From Batkoa obscura (lineage: Eukaryota): a DNA stretch of 64,000 bases. The stretch's first letter is position 1. The number at the start of each line of letters is the position of its first letter. Position numbers and translations under genes: made by a program. The stretch is from assembly GCA_030770535.1 (NCBI GenBank), contig JASVEC010000010.1, positions 1,178,001 to 1,242,000 on the forward strand. The letters run 5' to 3'. This document shows, piece after piece, positions 36,873-49,738 of this stretch. The notes under the pieces were generated by a model. That model ran no database searches and had not been told where the DNA came from. It worked only from the letters and a program-made list of their open reading frames with translations.

Positions 36873-38520
36873 AATAGTCTATTTCTATCATTTAACAAAC
36901 TACTTACTTGCTTAGTAAATATCGAAAATTTTAAATTCTCTGTTATTTTCGTAGGGTAAGCTGGGATTAATCTTTTAATTTTTGTATTTTCTATAGACCC
37001 TATGATTCCAATTGGAGCTATATCGCTTTTTTGATGTATTAAATACTGGATAACAATGCAGTTTATTGCATGTTTAATAAAATCTAGATACTTCTTAATG
37101 CCTTGTATCTCTATTATTTTGTGTTTTTGTTTCTTTCATACTTTTTAAAAATTATATCTGTTTTCCCATTATCAATAGTCAAGTTATTAATTTTACCATG
37201 TTCACAAGTAAAAGTCTCAAACCTTGAAATTAATTGATCGATATCTTCTATTTTACCTGATGCTTCAAAACTATTTTCCCATTTTGAAAGATTTCCAAAA
37301 TGTCCATCAACTATACTTTTTCCATCATGCTCAGCAAAAAAATTAAGGTCAACGTTCAAACTACTATTCATTTTAGGAATTTGTTTAAATATATAATGTA
37401 GGAACTCTTGAGATTTAAAATGATTTCCTGTATCTGCCCATATATCAATTTTTGTAAACTTTTTAAAAAGCTCTGTAGAGATTAAATCAATTAAAAAACC
37501 TCCTGCATATCCTGAATCATGATTCAATATTTCAGATAAATAATCAAAATAAACTTTGCCTATTGTTTTATCATCTTTTAAATATAATAGACCAAAGCCT
37601 AATACTGATATAGCTTGTTTATTATGATGATCTAGATTTATTGAATCTAGTCTTGTTCCTATTTCCATATTTTGTTTAAAATCTAAAATTATTATACAAC
37701 TTTTATTATTTAATTTTTTAGTAGTTTCATTAAATGTGTTTTTTTGAGTATCAACACAGAATTTATGTAATTTGTATAATTTTTCTTCATTGAAAATTTC
37801 TTCTACCTCTGCTTTGTTTTTTATTACTGTATTTATTTTATTTTCAAACAACTTTTTTCTAACTGTATACTGGGCATATATATTACATGAATATGTTTTT
37901 TTACATTTTTGAAATTATTTGGTATATGTTTAAAAAAGGTTGACCTAGCTACTACTTTATCTTTTAAATCATTAAAATATTTACTATATGAGAATGTATT
38001 TTTATGTTTAAGAACTTTACTAACAATTCTTTCGCTCAAATAGTGCTTAAAAAATGGAAAAATAATGAAACCAAAAAAAATATCTCCATATATCATTCTT
38101 CTACTTTTTACTTTTATTTAATATATATTATCTGACGAATATTTACTATCATTATTTTTTTATTAAATCTTAATGAAATAGTTGAATTATTTAGTCAATG
38201 TTGTATAATAGTTTGAATTTGGTCATCTTTAATTTTTTTGTATTTTTAATAATAGGTTGTAACATTGATATTTTATTACTATTATTATTTATCTTTGAAC
38301 AATTATATTGATTTCTATTTATATTAAACCCAAAACTTTTACACTCATCAAAAGAATATACTGAAGCTGTAGTTGATAATAACGCTACTTGTTGATCTTT
38401 ATTCCCTGTTTTCCTTAATGTACTAATTTTATACATTATTCGTTAAGTTTATTATTATCGATAGTAAACTTTGATAATATATCTTTTCTTTGTTTTGTTT
38501 TATTATAAGATTCCATAAAC
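36873..38520 (-). mobile_element. Decayed DDD/E transposase, Sola-like
   Basis: ORF 37114..37851 has ILDFKQN, NHD, IWADTGNHFKS and NFFAEHDGKSIVDGHFG. Flanking frameshifted pieces (STFFKHIP..., TYSCNI, IQGIKKYLDF) and ORF 38191..38436 extend it. Interrupted by a MITE. Confidence 0.65.
37990..38087 (-). mobile_element. MITE copy 10, inserted in the transposase relic
   Basis: Family core; ATAT TSD. Confidence 0.85.
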
Positions 38521-39009
38521 ACTGGGTTGTTATAATTAGCTCTTAATTAATGTAAATAAATTACAATGTTTATATTGTGTACTCCTCCCTATTGTATTGA
38601 AATTTTCAAAAATTCCATTTCAAAGTTTAGTTATGAAGTTTGCATTTTATTTTTATTTCACCAAAAAATAAAGTCAAATAACCCTATTTATACAATTATA
38701 TAGTTATACATTATATATTTACTAAACATTTAACATAAGTAACATGAAACATATAATTAGGAAAGTTAGCTATTTAAGAAAAGGAAACAATTAAAATAAG
38801 TTTTAAATAAAGATTAAATTTAGGCTTTTTAGATTTAACCGTTGCATTAGACACAAATTTAAAAACTTAAAATTTGGATTAACTTCTAAATTCTGAAACC
38901 AATTTGGACAACCTCATATTTTAATTGACTATTAGCTAAGTCATGTTTTTTAGCTTATATAAAATAAAATTGATTACATATTTCTTTTAAACACGATTGC
39001 AGTAAAAAG

Positions 39010-39722
39010 ATGGGATCAGCTAGTAGCTTGCAAGTAGAAGAAAAACAAAATAGATTTCGCGTAATAACTCAAGTAATAAAGGACAACTATAACCAAACAG
39101 ATCTTCCAACTTATTACAATCTAAGAATAACACAAACAGAGCATAATTTTGAAATGGAGCTAATACTAAAAGAAGAATTTCTTATTAATCAAGGTAACTT
39201 AATACGTATTTCATGTTAATCCTTTAATCTTAATAAAAACATTCAAGTATTTAATGAGCAATTTAACAGCCATCTACAGTTTGGTAACCCCAGAAAGTTT
39301 ACTTTTAGTTTACTTGATGTTAGTGGAAATTTAGGTCTTAATGAAGACTATGCACCTATCGCAACTGAAATTCATTATGGACAAAAATATAGGTTTGAGT
39401 TGGATGAACATTCGGAAGAAAACAAAGCAAGACTTAAAAGCTATAGTAAAATTAAGTCTTACTTCAGTAATTTTAATTATTACTAGATTATCGATACCGA
39501 AACCTGTCTAATTGTGGTGCTCTAAATACTTGGGGATCTAACTCTTTGAGTACTGTAAATGGGCCATCGGGATCCACTTCTTGGTTGGATTCTAAACTTA
39601 AAATTTCCGTAATTGTTTCAGCCACTATTATAAGTAAAGAATGGTTATTTATTTGTTATCCTATTTTGTTTACGATAATAATATTTCCTTTTGTTCAACT
39701 TTTTTACTGTTATCAATTATAA
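39010..39722 (+). CDS. Hypothetical multi-exon protein with N-myristoylation-like start (MGSASS)
   Basis: The frame continues across putative introns at ~39194-39247 and ~39446-39486; the 3' end is uncertain. Confidence 0.5.
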
Positions 39723-40048
39723 AAAATGAAGATATTGCTCACTAAAGCTAAGCCATATTTAAATAATAGTACTGAATACTAATAATAAATGAAAGTCCAA
39801 ATAACATCTATAGCACTGAACTCTTTTAAAAAAATAAAGCTTACCATCATATTACAATCTATCAACTATTGAGACGAATATAAGTTTAAAATACATGAAC
39901 CCACTTGAAACCTAAATTTTTATTTATTTATTTATTTTCATAATCCCTGGTACCGTAAATGAATTAGTAATAAAAATATAAAAGACCGTTACTATACTCT
40001 AACTTAAATAAATCGTTTTGATAAATTAGAACTGTCCTCTATCACATT

Positions 40049-41128
40049 TTAAAGATTAGCCGGATTCTTTTCTCTCATAACCCACTTAAAATACTCGTAA
40101 GCTGACCAACATAAAGCTGTGGATGGAGTATGAGATAACATCCTAGGTGCTAATCCCCTAAAGAATCCTTTAACCCCTTCTCTAGCATATATTAATTTTG
40201 CTCCTTGGAAAAGTCCATTTACGTTTTTAATTTCTAAGTCGTTTGATGTACCTCTAGTTTGTAATAAGGTTTTAACCACATCTAAAGGAGTGGTAGCACC
40301 AGCTGCTACTGCACCTGCAATACCACCAGAAACAACATGGGATAAAATCGAGTATTCTTTTTTAGGGTTCATAAAATCACTCATAGCTTCATAAGTGGTG
40401 AATTGGATAGCTTGAAATGGTACAGTCATTGTAAGGGTGGTTGGATAAGAGATATAAAAGGCTCTGAGTCCTTCTTTCTTTAGCATATCTTTGGAGCACG
40501 CTATAATACTTTTATAGCTTGAACCATGGACTTGCATACGTTGTTTGATTACTAGATTGATTTTCAGACAAAATTGGCTTAAAATAATAATTAAATTTAC
40601 CATCAAATGGGTTCATAAAAGCGTCTGAAACGATGGTAGCACAAGCGCCAGAAGCAGCTAATAAGTTTTATTTAATAATCATTTAATATACATATATAAA
40701 TCAACTTACCAATCCCTAAATGACTTTGTCCATTTTGATTAAAATATAATTTAGCTTGCTCATAGGTACCAAAATATAAAGCGTGTGCTGGGCCTGCACC
40801 TATTACTACTGAACTAACACCACGCCATAAAGTTAATGCTCCTTCAGTTGAAGTAATCTTGGTAAACGCTTGGGCAACACCATTATATATGGCTTGTGGG
40901 TTGGGATTTAAAACTTGCATACGAGTCTAATGTAATTGAAGCTTAGATTTAAATTGTTCATTGGTTATTATTGTTTCTAAATAACTTGTTTTAAAAATAA
41001 ATAATTACCTTGATTGAGTCAAATGGATGCATAACTACATGCTCAGTTATACCTGCTAAAGCACCAGCTAATAATTGAGTTCCAAAGGTAGCGTTCTCTG
41101 GTAAACTTTCGTAATCTACTTCAGTCAT
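40049..41128 (-). CDS. MRS3: Mitochondrial iron carrier (mitoferrin, Mrs3/Mrs4), multi-exon
   Basis: [10 protein letters not shown]...[53 protein letters not shown]; several short introns. Confidence 0.9.
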
Positions 41129-43455
41129 TTAATTTGGTTTCTCTATTTTAGTTTTGTAAAAAGTATAATCTCAAACTAATTGTAACTTTTACAATTTTTA
41201 TATTATCAGATTGATTAATAATTTAATTTGGTGTGAAAATCGACTTTTTAATCTGGGGTAGGTTGGGTTTAATTTTAAGCTTAACTTTAATTAGTTGTCT
41301 TTTCAGAATATCTAACATTGTTGAATTATCATTATACTTGGCTTCCAAATCGTTGCAATCTGATTGGTAACCTCGGATCGTTTTTCCAGCTTTATGGATG
41401 ATTTTAAATTTCCATATGCTTTCTGTGCCAACTTGAGTCAGCTTTTATCTGATGCTTCAACTCAAGCTGGTTTGTTATCTGCTGACTACTTTATTTAAAA
41501 ACGTTTATATGATAGATGAATGGATAGTATATATTATTATTATACACAAGATAAACAGTAAGTTTTATTAATGAAGATATAATAAATTTCACTATTGGCA
41601 AACATGTGTGAAATCTGATTAATCGATATTTTTTCAAGAATAGAATTTAATAGATAACGTAAATTTTATTATATAAAATGATGTTTAATATTTATTATAT
41701 AAAATGATGTTTAATATTTATTATATTATATTATAAAAAAACTGCTAATATGATACACAACTTAAGGATATAATTTCAAATGCTAAATAAAATTAAAATG
41801 GTATAATATTCTCATACATAATTCATTTTTGGGTCTTAAAGAAAAGTAGTTAATAAACAACATACTAAATAATTTAGAATCTAGTTAATAAAATAATTAA
41901 TATATGTCTCTCTGTAGAATTTCCAATACATGACAAATAATAAATAGTTTAATAGTGAATGTAACCTGTAAAATATTTTCATTTTTACTAAAACAATTAT
42001 ATTTCTGATGTAAAGGACTCTCCAATTGAATTAAATTTGATTACTTTTTTCAAAGTTTAATTCGCTTCTAAAAATTAAATTGAAACATTTCAAGGATATT
42101 TTTTAAACAAAGAGGAATTTCTATAAAAATACTTATTAGATTTGAAAATGTATTTGTTCAATAAAAATAGTAACAAGTTTACTAATATAAATAGGAATAT
42201 CAATTTTCTTTAATCAGCTTGTTTATTTTATACATAATTTAAAAATCGAAAAATTGTAAAATTAAGTGAAAACATGACTCTGTTTTATTTATTTTTTATG
42301 ATATCCTTTAAAAAAATAAATTATAATATTAACTTTTTTGACAAACGATATATTGCTACTCACAACAAGCACATAATTGTACTATTATTTATGTCTTTTC
42401 ACTTCGATAGTTGTTTTAAATAGGTAAACAAGCTGTAAAATATACAGTCTTGTTTTTTTTCATTTTGATTTAGTGTGGATTATTTTTTATGCAAACTATT
42501 ATATTAAATTTTTTTAGCTTAATTACTTAATTAAGGTTAAAATAAAGCGATACTTGAACCTTAAAAAGCAGAAAGCTTAAAGTAACCATTTGAACTACTA
42601 TTAAAATAATTAAAGTAAACAAGGAAGTGGATTGATTATAGTGGCTTCAATTAAAACGCTAATTCACATTTGCATTTTATGTAGATAATATTATCTTGAT
42701 AGCAAAAGGATGTCAGGTTTACTTATACAGGTTTAATTTATACAATAAATTGCAAAAAAATACAAAATAGCTATTTGTTTAAATTGGATTTTTAAATATA
42801 TTGATAGTTACTATACGTAATGGAAGTTGAGAATTTACCCTTAATTTGGAAAGAACAGTTCACTTAATGAATTGTTACCTTTAAATATAGAAGGTCACGA
42901 AATGGGCAAAAATGAATCGCTCTCTGAGCTAAAAATCAACGCATAAATTTGTTTAGTTTTACTAAAAAAAGTTTTAAAAGTTTTAAAACAAGAATTAATT
43001 TAATAGCTTTACTGGGGATAGAAAATAAAACAATGAATTATACTCAATTTAGGCTTCCTCAATTATTGGTAACAAAAGTTATTGAAGATTGATTGGCTAC
43101 CATTAAAGTTTTCGGAACATCCAAGTTCTATAACTTTTGTTATTTCATGTATTTAATTATGAACTAAGATTGATAATTAATAATTCCTTTCACTCATTTT
43201 TCTCTTATTTTTTTTCAAATTTAAGTACTATTATACCGTTCGGTTTTAATTTTATTTGGTTTTTTTACTACCTTTAATTAATATTTAACTTTTGTAATTT
43301 AATAAATAATATCAAGACTCCTCGAATTTGAAACTATATCAACTATGTAAGTTCAGCTTTAGTTTGAGGTTCATTTCTTTGATACTCTATACTTGTTTTT
43401 GAAATATTTATTAACTTATTTATTATAGATAAATCCACTATCTTTTGAAAGCAAA

Positions 43456-46191
43456 ATGTTTCAAGAAGAGATAAAGTACGAAAAAATAAAGAAGAGTGTT
43501 CTTCTAGGAAAGGGTAGTTTTGGCAAAGTATACAAGTGTAATTATGAAGGTTTTACATGTGCATTAAAGACTTTAGTTGCAACGGATAGGTTGAGGGAAC
43601 AACAGAGAAAAAAATATGCAGATAGTTTACGTTTAGAAGCTAAAACATTAGCTAAGCTTGGTCGTTGTGAAAACATTGTTCAATATATTGGTACTTGTAT
43701 TGATCCAAAACAACGTCTCTGTGTGCTTATGGAGTTTGTCAATGGTAAAAATTTGGCCAAGTTTATTGAAGATGAGCTACCCTTCCACCCATGGTCGCTT
43801 CGTGACAACATTACTTTAGATATTGCTAAGGGGGTTGCTTATATCCATAGTAAAAATATCATCCATCGAGACCTTAAAGCCGAAAATATTCTCATAGATA
43901 ACGAAGACCATTTTAAAGCTAAAATCGCTGATTTTGGTGTAGCAAAAGTTTCTGAAGAAGTTCGTGGTACTATTGAAACGTTCTCTGGAGCTGGTACTCC
44001 TCCATGGATGGCTCCAGAATTGTTTTTAAATAGTAAAGCGCTTCCTAGTAAAAAAACAGATATGTATTCTTTTGGTATGATTATGTGGGAAATGGCAAGT
44101 GGTAAAAGGCCATATGAAGATAAAACAAAGGGTGAGCTCCGTCATATGAAAGAAAAAGGTATTATAGAACCTGTTCCTCCTACTGTTCCTCCTACCTACG
44201 AACGTCTTTTACGCAGATGTATGGATCTTGATCCCGAAAACCGCCCTGATTCAACTGAGATTGCTGACTTTCTTAAGCGGGGCCGTCTTAATAAGGATAA
44301 CTATGAAACCAATATCTGTATTCAAGATGATGATGATTTAGCCACATTATTATTAGTTGATGTCGAACGTGCAAATCAAATTAAAAGGCCAGAACGTCCA
44401 GTTGATTTTGACAATAGTAACTTGATGGAGGATAGTGATAGTGATGAAGATAATGAAGATTATCATGGATCCAAATTGGAAAATCTTATTTCATCATTTA
44501 CTCAAGGAAATGAGGAAGTTCGTGATAGGCTTATTGAAGAATATGATGTCAATCCTGATGATCCAACCTCTTTAGAATTATCTTTAGGTAACGTACATTA
44601 TAATGGACACCGTGTTCCAGTAAATTATGATGTAGCAGTCAAACATTATGAAAAAGCTTTAGAACTTGGAAGCAATGAAGCAGTTTTGAAATTAGGCATA
44701 TGCTACAAGACTGGTAATGGTAAACCCCTTGACCTTGAAAAAGCTTTTGGACTTTTCCAAAAGGCAGATAAGAATCAAGTTGCAGGTGTTAAAAGTCATA
44801 TTGGTGAATGCTATTTCCATGGTCGTGGGGTTGATTCAAATATAGATGAAGCCATTAAAGCTTTCCGTGATGGTGCATCTGAGAATGATGCAGTTTGTCA
44901 TTTTTATTTAGGTAGATGTTATTATTCTGGTTTGGGCTTACCAAAAGATTTCCAAAAAGCTGTTAAACATTTTGCTTCTGCTGCTCGTCAAGGTCATGCT
45001 GAAGCCCAGCTTAACATTGGTATCGTTCATAAGATGGGTATCACTAAGCCACCAGATGATGTTGAAGCCTTCCGTTGGTTCCTTAAATCTGCCGAGCAAG
45101 GTAATGCTACAGCACAAAACAACGTTGGATCATGCTATTATTTTGGTGTTGGCATAAATCAAAACCTTTCTTCTGCTGTTAAATGGTTTAAAGCTTCTGC
45201 CAATCAAGGAAATACAGGTGGCATGCATAATATTGCAGACTGTTATTTGAATGGCAAAGGTGTTGAAAAAGATGAGAAGGCTGCCTTTGATTGGTTCCTT
45301 AAAGCTGCTACCCTAGGTCATGGTTTAGCTCAAAGTACGCTTGCAAATATTTATTTATCTGGAAATGTTGTTTCCCGTGATGTAGATAAGGCATTTGAGT
45401 GGTTTAAAGCTTCAGCTGAAACTGGTAATGTACAAGGACAATATGGTTTAGGTGTTTGTTATAGAGATGGACTTGGAACTATTAAAAATTATGAGTTAGC
45501 CATGAGGTCTTTAGAAACCGCTGCTGATCAAGGTTCGCCACAAGCCCAAATCGCATTAGCGCTCCTTCATTTGGATCGTAATAATATAAGCCCTAGTAGA
45601 GATGAGCATCAAGCTTTCCGTTGGTTCCACACTGCAGCAGAAACTAATGACTCAAATGCTCAATTCCATCTTGGACGTTGTTATGTTATGGGTATCGGTA
45701 TAGATAAAGATGAGCGTAAAGGGTTCCAATGTCTTCTAAAATCAGCGAATCAAGGTCATGTTGAAGCACAAAACACACTTGGTTCATGTTATTACCAAGG
45801 TCTTGGTACCCCAACTGATTATAATGAAGCAGTATCGTGGTTCATGAAAGCTTCCCAATCCGGACATGCACTTGCTGAATTTAATTTGGCAGAATGTTAT
45901 CTTAAAGGTAGAGGAGTTGAACAATCCACAGCTTTAGCTGTGGACTGGTACCGTAAATCTGCAGAGCATAATCACCCCAATGCACAATTTGTTTTAGGAT
46001 CGATGTACGATAAAGGACAAGGAGTTCCAGTTGATATTGAGGCAGCTTTAAGGTACTATAGATTAGCCGCGCATAAAATTCCACAAGCACAAAGGCGTAT
46101 TGATATGATTACCGCACGTATAACAAAACCTCTACCAGAACCAGTTGCCCCACCTCAACAACGTGAAGGAGAGTGCTGTCTAATCCTCTAA
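43456..46191 (+). CDS. TKL-like protein kinase + SEL1-repeat protein with C-terminal CCaaX (CCLIL)
   Basis: GKGSFG, ALK, HRDLKAEN, DFG, GTPPWMAPE; acidic linker; more than ten SEL1 repeats; ends EGECCLIL*. Probable 5'UTR intron at 43347-43428. Confidence 0.92.
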   Translation: MFQEEIKYEKIKKSVLLGKGSFGKVYKCNYEGFTCALKTLVATDRLREQQRKKYADSLRLEAKTLAKLGRCENIVQYIGTCIDPKQRLCVLMEFVNGKNLAKFIEDELPFHPWSLRDNITLDIAKGVAYIHSKNIIHRDLKAENILIDNEDHFKAKIADFGVAKVSEEVRGTIETFSGAGTPPWMAPELFLNSKALPSKKTDMYSFGMIMWEMASGKRPYEDKTKGELRHMKEKGIIEPVPPTVPPTYERLLRRCMDLDPENRPDSTEIADFLKRGRLNKDNYETNICIQDDDDLATLLLVDVERANQIKRPERPVDFDNSNLMEDSDSDEDNEDYHGSKLENLISSFTQGNEEVRDRLIEEYDVNPDDPTSLELSLGNVHYNGHRVPVNYDVAVKHYEKALELGSNEAVLKLGICYKTGNGKPLDLEKAFGLFQKADKNQVAGVKSHIGECYFHGRGVDSNIDEAIKAFRDGASENDAVCHFYLGRCYYSGLGLPKDFQKAVKHFASAARQGHAEAQLNIGIVHKMGITKPPDDVEAFRWFLKSAEQGNATAQNNVGSCYYFGVGINQNLSSAVKWFKASANQGNTGGMHNIADCYLNGKGVEKDEKAAFDWFLKAATLGHGLAQSTLANIYLSGNVVSRDVDKAFEWFKASAETGNVQGQYGLGVCYRDGLGTIKNYELAMRSLETAADQGSPQAQIALALLHLDRNNISPSRDEHQAFRWFHTAAETNDSNAQFHLGRCYVMGIGIDKDERKGFQCLLKSANQGHVEAQNTLGSCYYQGLGTPTDYNEAVSWFMKASQSGHALAEFNLAECYLKGRGVEQSTALAVDWYRKSAEHNHPNAQFVLGSMYDKGQGVPVDIEAALRYYRLAAHKIPQAQRRIDMITARITKPLPEPVAPPQQREGECCLIL

Positions 46192-46757
46192 AGTGTAGAG
46201 GATAGAGACAGATTCAACTAATCCAATTTTTAAAACCGTATATACAAATAGTCATAATAATTTTTGCAAGTTTTGGGCTGATGAATACATTACTTTAATT
46301 TAGCTCTTTAACTTATTTCAACTTTCATTAAAATAAATTGAATAATTTACACATTTTGTTATTTAAATAAAATAAATATATTAATGATAGATAAAACTAA
46401 TTTAATAAAAACCGAATGTGCTAATAATATTTTGAAAATGTATAGGTACTTTATATATATTAGAACTAAATCAAATTAAATTAAGCTATTGATGAAGAAT
46501 ATCATATTACTTAAACTAAATTATTATTATACTCAACCTTGATTAAAAAATGTAATTATAGAATAAGTTCATAATAATCATTTTTATAAAAGTTTATAAT
46601 CTAACAAGATTTAATATTCATACTGACTAATTATAGATATCAATATTTAATAAAACCTATTACTTGATGATACAGAATCTTAGCAAAAATAGCTCTGACT
46701 GATAAAATATACTTTAATGGTCAGATTAACCTATTAGAGCTTAAATAAAATCCATAT

Positions 46758-46855
46758 GAGGATATATTTTTGTGTTTAAGAATTTTACTAATAATTTTTC
46801 CATTCAATAGCGCTTAAGAGATGGAAAAAGTAATGAAGCCGAAAAAAACACTCCC
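46758..46855 (-). mobile_element. MITE copy 11
   Basis: Family core; ATAT TSD. Confidence 0.85.
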
Positions 46856-47305
46856 ATATGCTTACTATTTTTCTTAGTAAATAGCAATACAATCAAAAAA
46901 ACTATATTAAAACTAACTGCATTTGTATAAAAAATGACTTGTTTGTAGTTCAATAAGCTTAATAGAGTTTATTTAATACTAAAGCATTTTGTGAAACCTT
47001 CCATTCCCCCTCCCTATTACAATTATTTTTACTTTGTAATGATCAAATTACTAACTATCCTATTTACAAATCAAACATTCCATTTATTTATGTCTCCTAT
47101 CTTAAACTTATCAATTGAATCTTCCTTTAAACAAATATTGCTGTCAAAGCTTAAAAATTAGTAAAATAATGAAATAAAATTAAGTTAAATATCTTTAATA
47201 AGAGCAAGATATTGACTCCCAAATGATATAGTTACTTTAATACCTTGGTATGCCGTGAGAGTCGTTTACGCTAATAAACGAACAAACAAACGTCAATAAA
47301 AACGC

Positions 47306-48065
47306 TTAGTAAAGACGTTGTGGAGCACCCATAGTGGATTTGATGAAAAGAGATTTAACGTTTTGCCAGTTCTTCTTAAGAAGGGAGACTAAGAAGTTAA
47401 CAGACATCATGATGTTGGTAACAATGTCATCTTGTTCCATATTAACGTGACCGACGGCAACGGCTAAGCAAAGAACTTTCTTTAATTGGAATTTGATGGT
47501 GGAACGAAGTTCATCAGCTTTATCACTCAAGTTATCGTTGTGAGATACTGGGGTTGGGAATTTACCAGCTTTATGGAGACCTGGGCCTAAAAGACGAGGA
47601 ATTAATTTGATAAGAGCTTCACTGGCTAAGAAAGCATCGTATTTCTTAGCAAGTTTCTTGATGAGTTTCTTGTTCTTGTTGAGTTTCTTAAGATCATCAA
47701 CGGACATGGTTTCTAAACCAACTTCTTTAGCTTGTTCACAATGGAAAGCATCACCTAAAACACAGACGCTCATCTTTGGACGAGGAATGTTAGGGAGCTT
47801 TAAGGTACCACTGAAACGCTTATCACGTTGAGGATCGTAATTCTTTAAACCGATTTGGAGTTCAATAGTTTCAGTAAAGTTACGTTTCTTTTCTTGAGAA
47901 CCTTCAAGAATTTTAGATACGGCTTCTCTCACGGCTGCGACGGATACTTTGCTATAAATTAATTAATTAATATCATCCTTAAGTCATTTGGTATTCGATA
48001 TTATTTCAGTTTGGTTGGCCTTTATTTTATCTTCTTTGTTTAATTAGATGGATGTATTACCTCAT
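47306..48065 (-). CDS. RPL1: 60S ribosomal protein uL1 (L1/L10a), 2 exons
   Basis: ATG AG | intron 47953-48060 | gives [13 protein letters not shown]...; [29 protein letters not shown]. Confidence 0.97.
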
Positions 48066-48747
48066 CTTTTAAATATAGATTAAGTCAAGAGGGACAGATT
48101 AGCTTTCAACTTTAGAGTACTTTAGGAAAGGCAGGAATCTACCTAGATGATGCCATTGATTGGCTGAAAAATCATTGTTCTATTGGTCAATATACTACTA
48201 TAATGAAATAATACTCAAATGTGTGTAGATTTTCTTTTTTTAACTATTTTAAAAAAATCAAAATGTTAAGAAATCATTAAAATGGAATATTGAAAGTTAC
48301 TCAAATACAAAGAAATCAATAATCAATATGACATTTTGGAAAAAATCAAGACCAAAGCCATAAAATCAAAAGTATAATTATGGCAATATAAACACTGCTT
48401 AAAAATTGTTATGACTATTCAATGAATTAATCTTTAAACTTAAATAGTAATACTAAGACTTATATGTCATAACAACTCATCAATAAGCAATAAATTTAAC
48501 ATGATTTACTTTTTAAATTGTACTTGAAAAATTAATTTTAGTTAATTTTTCTTGTTATTAGCACCAGTGCATTTAACTTATAAATTTAGATTTCGTAAAA
48601 TATATTTTAATTTCAAGTCATAAAAACTTTGGATCCAAAGAGTTAGGTCAATCGACTTAGATGAAAGAGATTAAAGAGTATATAAAAGTTACAATAATGT
48701 AATACTAAACAGATTTATTTTTCTAATAAAAAACATTACTATATACT

Positions 48748-49146
48748 ATGAGCGATTTACTATTGACCTGTTTGACAGCTACTATTTCTTTGTTTGCCAT
48801 CATCTATACTCTATTGCTAGATGCAACCTTCATAGAGTTGAAGTACTTTACATTTATAAAAAATATGAAGGTGTATATATCTTTGGTAACGTTGATATTT
48901 GGGTTGATTTATGCGGAAAAAGAAAATATATTAAAAAAGCAAAACAACTTATTAGTTTATATGTTGTTAAACGATAACTTGATTCAATTTTACAGTTTTC
49001 TTTTATTTAGTGAAATATGGCTTTTGTTCTCAATCGAATCAATAACGTTTTATTTTTTAGCTAGTAATTACTTTTTTATACTATATTTCATTCTTTCTAC
49101 TTCTGTTTGTACTATTTCGCTGATTGCTGCGTTGACTAAGCCTTAA
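48748..49146 (+). CDS. Small multi-pass membrane protein of unknown function
   Basis: About four hydrophobic segments; paralog of 49310..49738 (GLIYxEKExIxK, LLNDNLI). Confidence 0.7.
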   Translation: MSDLLLTCLTATISLFAIIYTLLLDATFIELKYFTFIKNMKVYISLVTLIFGLIYAEKENILKKQNNLLVYMLLNDNLIQFYSFLLFSEIWLLFSIESITFYFLASNYFFILYFILSTSVCTISLIAALTKP

Positions 49147-49309
49147 CTACCTACTAACAAACAGTTATCTTAAAATCTATAGATTGTATATATGGCTCTT
49201 ATACGGCCCATAATAAGCTTTTCACAGATTATTTTTTTATATCCCAAAAGCTGAAAAAGAATAAATACAGATTAATATATTTAGATTTTAGAATTACAAT
49301 TTTGTTTTA

Positions 49310-49738
49310 TTAAATATTAGTAAATAAGGCTTTAAAACAGCAAGATAAAGAGAGTACAGTGGAAGTAGATAGATTCAGTAGAATCAGATAAAAACCTTGA
49401 TCAAAATTAAACGTATAGGCTAAAGCAGCTTCTAATGCCAAAATAAACCATAATTGAGCTAACAAGAAGTAATAATATCGAGTTATTAAATTATCATTTA
49501 ACAATCTACTTAAAAACAGATGCTCGAGTCTTTTAACTATATATTCTTTTTCAATATATATCAAACCGCTTATTATCGTTAGTATTCCAATCCATTGCTT
49601 TAATTTATCAAAGCCTAATAGCGAACTTAAACTAAAATTATGATCTGAATTTTCAAGTAAGAAATCTAAGTTTAAGCTGTAAAGAATGCTTAAAATAGTG
49701 ATCGTGGAAGTAATACCACTTTGTATTATTGGATTCAT
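49310..49738 (-). CDS. Small multi-pass membrane protein, paralog of 48748..49146
   Basis: Shared motifs GLIYIEKEYIVK and LLNDNLI; convergent arrangement. Confidence 0.7.
   Translation of the reverse strand: MNPIIQSGITSTITILSILYSLNLDFLLENSDHNFSLSSLLGFDKLKQWIGILTIISGLIYIEKEYIVKRLEHLFLSRLLNDNLITRYYYFLLAQLWFILALEAALAYTFNFDQGFYLILLNLSTSTVLSLSCCFKALFTNI

Noticed and set aside
41668..41725. 27-bp tandem duplication and assorted microsatellites (e.g. ~18220, ~20930, ~51445)
   Set aside because: Ordinary slippage repeats in very AT-rich DNA.
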